Source: Octopus sinensis (taxonomy: Eukaryota). From it: 64,000 nt of DNA. The position numbers and the translations under genes are program-made. The stretch spans positions 39,866,001 through 39,930,000 of the forward strand of contig NC_043006.1 in NCBI RefSeq assembly GCF_006345805.1, in the 5' to 3' direction. The notes beneath the pieces are model-generated. The model was not told the DNA's origin. It searched no databases and saw nothing but the letters and a program-made list of their open reading frames with translations. Of this stretch, positions 54,697-64,000 are shown one piece after another (within the stretch, counting starts at the first letter, position 1; every line of letters starts with the position of its first letter).

Positions 54697-55986
54697 CTGT
54701 GGGAAATTAGTAGCTTCATTGAACGCAGAATTAGATGATATTGCACTCATCAACAACTCAATGTATCACTCTAGGTTTCGTGAACTTTGAGGAGGAGTAA
54801 CTGGGAACTGAAGAACAAAATTTGATAATAACTATGTGAATGTAATCAATCAATCTATTTTGATTGAAAATGTTGCTGAGCCACTTAACGAAAGTGCTGA
54901 TACCATTCCATTGTCGTAATCTATGTACGTTTCAAATTCTAACACAAATGTTCTTTTATATGTTTTTACTAAGCCTTCCGGTGTCTATTCAACAACCTTT
55001 ATCAACCTGCTTTTGGGGTTCGTAATAAAGTCATTGAGGTTTCCTAAAGTTGCATTTTCCTTAGGTGTTTATTAATTGTTTGTAGGAACACCCTTTTTTG
55101 TTTTAGAACTATAATATGCTACCAAAATACTACCAAGTATATTAAAGGCTTATGAGTTAACACTGTGTTCTACCAGTGTTAGCAGTGCGATTGAGCCACT
55201 TTTAAAGTTATTTCTTCAGACTTTTTTTATAAAAATTAGAGCCAGCGCTGGATGCGGTGCTGATGGAGGAGCAATAGCTCCTGAAATATGCATATACACC
55301 CTAACTTTCAGTTTTGGCTCTAATTTCTACAAAAAAGCTTTACAGACAACATTAAAAAGTCATTTCTTTACGTATGGTTAAACACACCATTTTCGTCTCT
55401 GGGTTTCGTGAATATTTTATACTGTTTAAAGGGAAAAGAAGTGAACAGCTATTATGCATTTTACAAATAAACTCTCTAAACAAAACAGTGAAATTATGCA
55501 AAGTAAAACATTTCCATTTTACCACTTTGTTATCTAAATTCCAGCGCTAGAACTTCATTCCTTTGTCAGAAAACAAGTTCGTTCTCTGTTAAAATTGAAA
55601 CAATTCCAAGTACAAAAAAAGAATAAGAAACGTAATGTCATAAAGACATTGACATGAATAAGAGTCTGGTATTTAGCGAGACGTCTGTTTCTTTATTCTA
55701 CGCTGACTCATGTAGTTTCCTATTAAAAATATCGTGTTTTGTATTTAATTATATGCCAAAGATTTCGAGAACTTTCAAATATATTTATAATGTTACACAA
55801 TGTTCAGTTGCTTCCAGTATTTATTCATCATTGCCTTCATTCGTTTTACAAAACAAATTCGATATAAGATGTAAATGTGTGTATGTGTGTTTATATATAT
55901 TTACGTGTAACTGATAGAATTATACACGTACACATGTACCATATATGTATACATACACACGTACATACATACATACATTTACAGAC

Positions 55987-56030
<44 letters not shown>

Positions 56031-56264
56031 CGACTGCGAGACAGACACACATAGACATACATACAAATATGCATACACGCACACAACCAAAGACACATAC
56101 ATACATACATACATACATACACACATACACACATACACACATACACACACCATTATTTTGATTTATTCAGTAAAAAAACAAGTGTATGTATTTACGTACG
56201 TACGTATATATGCACGCATCAATGCATATATATATATATGTACATGTGTGTGTGTGTGTATGTT

Positions 56265-56295
<31 letters not shown>

Positions 56296-56989
56296 GCGTG
56301 TAAATATACAAAATGATATGTGTTACGTATCCTCTTTATTTTTACTTACTTTAGGAAGAAGTCGTTGTGTGCATTAGTTGCACAACCACCAACACCAGCA
56401 GCAGCACCACCACCGCCACCACCACCGCCACCACCACCACCACCACCACAATTAATCATCTCGTGAACGGTGCGTATTCTTTCGGCTAGAATTGTCATTC
56501 ATGAATTTTATCTAAGTAATATAAATGAATTGAGAAAGAAACTGTTTAAACGTTAAAACCAACGGAAGAAAATAATTTATCGCGAAATAAATACAAAGAT
56601 AAAAACAAAAAAAGGTAAGTAAATAGATGCTGAGTGTCTTTGAATGCCAATTCCTGCAGTTTCCGTACAAATGGAGAATGTGAACCGCTTCACAATTATT
56701 ATGTCATTGCGTAAGGAAAGAAGATGCAATTAAGTTCCCTAATCTTAAAATTTCAGCAAGCTAAGAAATAAAGATTAGAAGAAAAAGAAATGTATGATCC
56801 TTTTATCTCCAAAGTTCCGATAAATTACTTAAAGACAAAATGAGGAGAGAGAGAGTAAAAAATAAAAAATAATAATAATAATAATCAATTGCCTGTATTT
56901 GTCTTTTATTCTCCTCATTGAAATGGAGAAATTGAGCTCCATCAGCATTAAATAGAAGGTCTGTTAGAAATATTGCCTTCACACACACA

Positions 56990-57300
<311 letters not shown>

Positions 57301-58265
57301 ATAGTGCATGAATGTATAAATATCGCAATATAAGTCATCTGCTAATGTAGAAATCTCGTGCATATTTGTTCCTCTTAATGCTCGTTTCGAAGTGGAAATT
57401 TTATTTTTTATGTCCCTTTACGAGAATATTATTTGTATACTCTGTTATTTACCCTCATTTATTGTTCAATATTTCCTAAAGTGGAATGTTGTTAATCTAC
57501 AATGATAAGTTAGGGAATGACGTTGGTTGCGTTAATATGAAGGCTGATACGAGAGCAACAGATTTGCAGAACCAGCAGAGCGTTGAACTAAATGTGTAGT
57601 AACTCTTCCCGTTTTAAGTTCAAATCCCATTATATGACTTTCAGCTTACCTAAATCGATTTTTTTAAATGCGCCAATGAAGTATTACTTACCGAGAGTTG
57701 TCATGAGCCCCAGGACTCATAAGACCTGAGCTTGACCTGGTTTCCATTGCGTTTGAGTAACCGAGATTTGAAAAGTCCCTTCTGAATGGGCGCCAGACCA
57801 TCGCAGCTAGTAGTGGAGCTCGTTCACAGCTGAATGAATTAGCAGCGTTAAAGGAAGTGTTTTGCTCATGCACACAACACACAGCCCCGTCTGGAAATCG
57901 AGATCACGATTTTACGATCACGAATTTAAACACCCTAACCACTAGGTCACACACCTCGACAATGAAGTACAATGATGTGATCCTCTGCTCAAGTAAGAAA
58001 TAAATACTGGTATCAAATTTTGGTAAAAAGCCAGCAATTTTGAGATCAACAGGTACTCATGTTTTCGACCGGAAAGGATGAAAGGAGAGGTCGATATCGG
58101 CTGCATTTGAACTGCTAACGATTCTGCCAGCTCACAGAGCCAGCAATTCTAGAGGAGGAGCAAGTCAATCACATCAGTACTCAACTGGTACTTATTTCAT
58201 CACCCCACCCTTTTCCGCCAGGATGCAAGGCAAAGTCGACCTCGGCGGTATTTGAACACAGAATG

Positions 58266-59410
58266 TAAAGACGGACAAAATATCTTTTTCTACTCTGGGC
58301 ACAAGGCCGAAATTTTGGGACAGGGGACCAGTCGATTAGATTGACCCCAGTAAGCAACTGGTACTTAATTTATCGACCCCGAAAGGATGAAGGGCAAAGT
58401 CGACCTCGGCAGTATTTTAACTCAGAATGTAAAGACGGACGAAATATCTTTTTGTACTCTGGGCACAACTCTCTCTTTTACTTGTTTCAGTCATTTGACT
58501 GCGGCCATGCTGGAGCACCACCTTTAATCGAGCAACTCGACCCCGGGACTTATTCTTTTGTAAGACCAGTACTTATTCTATCGGTTACTTTTGCCGAACC
58601 GCTAAGTAACGGGGACATAAACACACCAGCATCGGTTGTCAAGCAATGCTAGGGGAACAAACACAGACACACAAACACACACGCGTATATATATATATAC
58701 ATATATACGACGGGCTTCTTTCAGTTACCGTCTACCAAATCCACTCACAAGGCTTTGGTAGAAGACACTTGCCCAAGGTGCCACGCAGTGGGACTGAACC
58801 TGGAACCATGTGGTTGGTAAACAAGCTACTTACCACACAGCCACTCTGATAAAAGGGACCAGTCGATTAGACTGTCCACAGTACGCAACTGGTACTTAAT
58901 TTATCGACCTCGAAAGGATGAAAGGCAAAGTCGACCTCGGCAGTATTTTAACTCAGAAAGTAAAGACGGACGAAATATCCTTTTCTACACTGGGCACAAG
59001 GCCCGACATTTTGAGAGAGAGGACTAGTCGATTAGATTGTCCACAGTACGCAACTGGTATTTAATTTATCGACCCCGAAAGGATAAAAGGCAAAGTCGGC
59101 CGCGGCGGAATTTGAACTCAGAACGTAAAGACAGACGAAATATTACTAAGCATTTTTCCCAGTTTGCTAAACATTCTTCCAACTCGCCACCATAATATAA
59201 GGAATAAATTTTTGATTTCAAATTCTGACACAAAGCCAGTAATTTCAGGGGAAGGGGCTAAGTCGATTACATCGACCACAGTGCCCAACTGGTACTCAAT
59301 TTATTGATTCCCGAAAAGGATAAAAGGCAAAGTCGACCACGGTGGAATTCGAACTCAGAACATGAGAATGGACGAAATGACGCTAAGCGTGCTAACGATT
59401 CTACCAGGAA
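58266..59410 (-). mobile_element. Tandem array of SINE B bodies interrupted by a SINE A (58468-58846)
   Basis: Repeated ~165-bp unit gaccagtcgattaga...aactggtacttaatttatcgacc...aaagtcgacctcggc...aactcagaa.gtaaagacggacgaaatatc. Confidence 0.85.
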
Positions 59411-60714
59411 TAAATATCGACTTCAAATTTTCAAAGATTTCCCAACCGTAAACACACCAACTACAATAGTCATTGTATCCTCTAATTTTTTTTTAAGATG
59501 GGATTGTGCAATCTGGGTGTGATTTAGTTTTTATTTCTAGCAGACAGAGGCCCCCTCATTCACGGCCGTTGCTACTACAACTGCTACCGCTGCTGTTTCT
59601 TCTGCTACAGTGGGTACAATTGACTAACGTGATTATCGTATACGACTGATGTTAAGGTTATCTGATCAGGAAGGACGAAAGATAAAATCGTCCCTCGTTA
59701 CATTTGAACTCACAGCGTTCAAAATCCCTTTCTAAATTGCACAAGGGAATCACGTACGGCTCTCGTCTACTTTATTTCACTATTGATCTAATAATAAGAG
59801 TGTTATCAAAAACCATAACAAAATCAACTACGAGCCAGTACAGAAGTCTGTACGCAGTCACTCGATTTACATGAAATAACAACCAAATCTGCTTCAAACT
59901 CTATCTAATGTGGTGGGCGTGGTGGATTTTGTGTTATGGGTCACTGGAATACGAGTCATCGTTCGATCAACGACCTCTTGGAACTTTGTAAGTCAACACC
60001 CGCCTCGCTAAACAGTCTCTGGCTATTGCGCCTTCCTCGATACCCAGCAAGCAAAAGAATAATAAAATGCTCTACAGAATCACCATGCAAATAAATAAAA
60101 CATCACATACAGTTACATAATCGATGTAATTGATTTGTTCCTTCCCCCAAATTGCTGGCCCTGTGAGCTGGAAGAATCGTTAGCAAGCTGGGCAAAATGC
60201 TTAGCGATATTTCGTCCGTCTTTACATTCTGAGTGCAAATGCCGCCGAGGTCGACTTTGCCTCGCATCCTGAGGGATAAAGGGGGGAGGGTTATGAAATA
60301 AATGCCAGTTGAGCACTGATGTTATTGATTTGCTCCTTCCCCCGCCCCAAATTGCTGACCATGTGAGCTGGAAGAATCGTTAGCAAGCCGGGCAAAATGC
60401 TTAGCGACATTTCGTCCGTCTTCACGATCTTAGTTAAAATGCAACCGAAATCTATTTCTCCTTTCATATTTTCGGTTCGAAAACATGAGTACCTTTTGAT
60501 CTCAAAATTGCTGGCTTTTTACCCATTCACAGCAGAATGAACTGGAACAACATGAAATGCAGAGTCGCTTGAGTGTAGGACATTATAACTTGAATTTTAT
60601 ATTCCTGTCATTGTGTGACCCGCCGAGGTCAACATTGCCTTTCATCCTGTCGGGGTCGGTAAAATTAAGTACCAGTCTTGAACAGTTAGTGCTACTCGTG
60701 CCTTAGCGCTCACA

Positions 60715-60830
60715 AGTACCTACTTACTTGTACATTCACCCAGGGTAGCTTAAGCTGGCTCTGACCATCGAGTTCACCACGTCCCTCGCGAACGCTGACC
60801 ATATTTGATGGTCATTCCAGCGGGCAAAGC
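60715..60830 (-). mobile_element. RTE-clade LINE extreme 3' end
   Basis: WSAFARDVVNSMVRASLSYPG* resembles the RTE C-terminus (WSA..RDVVN.IGDAGSTRPG*), followed by a tacaagtaagta-type tail. Confidence 0.55.
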
Positions 60831-61764
60831 AATCTTCTGCCTGCGGCCCAAAGGTCCTGCCTGTAAATTTGACTAGGAATGTAAGCGCGTCAGATAATGC
60901 AGATGCCATAGCTGATGTCGTTGTTCGTAGAGGTGCAGAATTCATGTTCAGAATTTCATTAGAAATACAAGTTCATATGTGGTCTCCGATGAACTAGGAC
61001 TCATAAGGCTGCCGATTAACCAGATTTCCATGGGTGTATAAGTGACCGAGATTACAACATTCCTCCTGAATGGCATTTCAGTCCGTCATAGGCTTATCCA
61101 TTTACAGTTGAGTACAATGGAACAACATGGGATGAAGTGTTTTGCCCAAGAACACAACACACCGCCCAGTCGGAGAATCAAAACCACAATCTCGCAACCG
61201 TGAGTGCAATAACCTGACCAATCGGTCGCGCAGTCCAGAGCGGTGAATCGCCGGAATTGTAAAAATTGTAAACGTATTTGACAAGAAGTTTTGGAGTTTT
61301 ACCCATTTACAGCAGAATGAACTGGAACAACATGAAATGCAGTTTTTACTCGAGAACACAACGCCTCGCTCGGCCCAAGAATCAAAACCACAATCTCACA
61401 ATCATGAATGAAACACCCTTATCCATAAGCTATGCAGTCCAGGGCAGTGGGTTTCCGGAATTGTAAACGTGTTGGACAAGATGCTTTGTGATATCTGTTT
61501 CAGACATTTATGCTATGCGTTCTTTGATTGTAAATTTAATCCGCCGCCCCTTTAACACCAACACCTGGTTCGCGGTTGCGTTTAACGGGTCTCACTCTTT
61601 TGTAAGCGTTCGGAATAGGGTTTTTTTTTGGGGGGGGGGATTTTATTTTGACATTACTGCACATACGTCAGGGATATTTTATTAATTTTATTTTTTAAAG
61701 CATTCGCTCGTTACAAGGTCCTTAGACCACTGAAAACTTAAGAGCTACTAAAATAAAATGGACG

Positions 61765-62000
61765 CTAGACAGAAGTCAATTGGTGACGATGTACATTAAA
61801 CTGAAGAGGAAAACAAGACTGTGGAATGGAATTCCAAAGTTCACAGGTGCGAGGGAAGAAACTGGGACTGTAAAGTGCTTGAGGACATTTAGGAGATATG
61901 AAAGTAATTCTGCAGCTGCAATAGAAGCTGGCACAAAACTGTTGAAAACATTGTAGTAAATAACAGAAGCAGGAAGAAAAAGTAGGAAAACTGTACAACT
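61765..62000 (-). mobile_element. Non-LTR retrotransposon 3' fragment (CR1/Jockey group)
   Basis: YSPSFFPRTCELWNSIPQSCFP motif. Confidence 0.55.
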
Positions 62001-62721
62001 GCTACAATAACAAGGATATTGAGATATCAGAAAAAAAAGAGCAAGAATTTGAGAGAAGAAAAGCAAGAAGGAAAATATGATCGACTAAAATTAAGTAAAA
62101 AAAAGATATGGGAATAATGATGTGGATTATAAAATAAATGATGAACCTGATGAGTGATAATGAGGAGGGTAGAAATAATGACGATGAAAATGATAACAAA
62201 GTTGGTGATAATAACGGTGGCGTCGGTGGTAGTGGTGATGGTCGTGGTGGTGGTGGTGGTGGTGGTGGTGACGTCGATATTGAGCGCACATTTTAAAGAT
62301 TGAATGTAACAAAGCATGCAACAGTGCAACTAACCGACATATCATAAAAATAACAACAACAACTACAGCAATATTGATGATGATGAGGAGGATGATGATG
62401 ATGATGATGACGACGACGACGACGATGATGATGATGATAATGATGATGAATGATGGTGATGAAAGAGATGAAGAAAAAAGAGCATGCACAATGAACACAG
62501 AAGAGATATTCATTGGAATAAAGGTGCACACACGGATAGAGCATGAAGATTACGACTTCAATCATGCTTGACAAGCACACAGAGTCCACCATCTGTGAAG
62601 GTCACCTTTGAGAATAACTTTGTAACAAATAGCAAAAAAAAATTTCTTTTTTAATATGCACGCATACATTCATACATACATTTATATATATACACACGCT
62701 CGCGCTCACACAAACACACGC

Positions 62722-62775
<54 letters not shown>

Positions 62776-63844
62776 GTGTGTGTCTGAGGCGGTTTGTATG
62801 CCAGTGTGTATGTATTGGTGTATGTATGTATATCCCTCTTACTTTCCTCCTCTTCCAGTTGTAGCTACGGTTATATTCTATTGACTGCCTCTCCCCTCCT
62901 ACCACAGTGCTGAACCCCTGTGTTTTGCTGCTCTGAAAGTTTTGCCGCTTCTCGTCTTCCTCTCTCTTCTGTCTGCCTGTCTGTCTGTTTCGCTCTCTCC
63001 CCCCTCTCTCTCTCTCTTTATATCTATGTATCTAATACTGTCAATATATCTTTCACTCCTCTACATTCTTTATACTTTTATCTCTCTTCCCCTCTCTTAC
63101 TCTCATCATTTTAAATTTATCCATCTGCCTTTCTCTTCCCCCTCTCTCTCTCTCTAAATATATATATATATATATATACATATATCACTCTATCTCTCTA
63201 TCTCTCTCTATCGTGTTTTCCTCTCCCTGTATATCTCTCTTTATCACACTCTCTCTCTCTCTCTATCTCTCTCTTCCATATTATTACAACTCCTTACTTG
63301 CCTTCGCCTACCTCTGTCTCTTACTTTCGTCCTCGGTAGTTCCTATTTTTTAAATTTTAATCAATATAAGCAGGAAACCAAATTTCGTAGGTGCGAGTTC
63401 AAATTACAAGCATGACCACATATAGTTTTCTCTTTTATCGGTTTCAAATTTGAAAAAAGAAATTAGTAAATAAAATCGACTGCAGCTGAATTTGAACTCA
63501 GAACATATAACTTGAAGAAATGACACAAAGGATATCGCCCGGTCGGTAACGTTTCCGCCAGATCGCTTCCGCAGCATTTTAGTCTTATTAGCAATTCATT
63601 ACTTGTGAATATAGAAGCAATCGTGAGGTTTAAAGAAAATCGGCGAGTTGACAGAATCGACCGGCAAAATTCTTAGCAGCATTTCTTCCCATTATCTTTG
63701 ATTTTTTTTTTATCTTCTGTTTGTTTCAGTAATTGAACTACGGCCATGCTGGGGCACCGCATAGGCGAAATTAGTAGAACGAGTCGACTCCACTACTCTT
63801 CAGTTCTTAGTGCTTATTCCGTCGTCTTGGAGGCTCATAGCTTT

Positions 63845-64000
63845 AGCTTAGTGGTTAGGGATGTTGGACTCATGATCGTGAGATTGTGGTTTCGATTCCT
63901 GGACCGGGCGATGCATTGTGTTCTTAAGCAAAACACTTCATTTCACATTTCTGTGGAGGTGTATGGCTTAGTGGTTAGGGTATTGGACTCATGATTGTAA
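63845..64000 (+). mobile_element. Two tandem tRNA-like SINE heads (family D-like)
   Basis: gcttagtggttaggg at ~63845 and ~63966; ggtttcgattcct B box; ttgtgttcttaagcaaaacact box. Confidence 0.7.

Overview
AT-rich, microsatellite-saturated eukaryotic DNA. The tRNA-derived SINE families and repeat landscape look like an octopod (Octopus-like) genome, which is an inference from repeat content. No intact host gene is recognisable, and almost all ORFs in the track are translations of simple repeats. The window holds dozens of SINE copies from four families (labelled A-D here) and CR1-group, RTE and R4/Dong-type LINE fragments. It also holds Penelope-like terminal repeats with hammerhead-like motifs, a ~1.15 kb solo LTR, mariner/Tc1/pogo derivatives, a 983-bp tandem duplication and many long palindromes. 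The most interesting items are a mariner built from two inverted 5' ends, several near-perfect hairpins, SINE multimers with a recurrent junction, R4/Dong copies inside (TAA)n, a LINE sharing its 3' tail with SINE A, a triple structured repeat at 28.7-29.1 kb, and a protein-like decayed region at 54.5-55.3 kb. Repeat boundaries were read by eye and are approximate (about +/-10-20 bp) unless terminal motifs are quoted.
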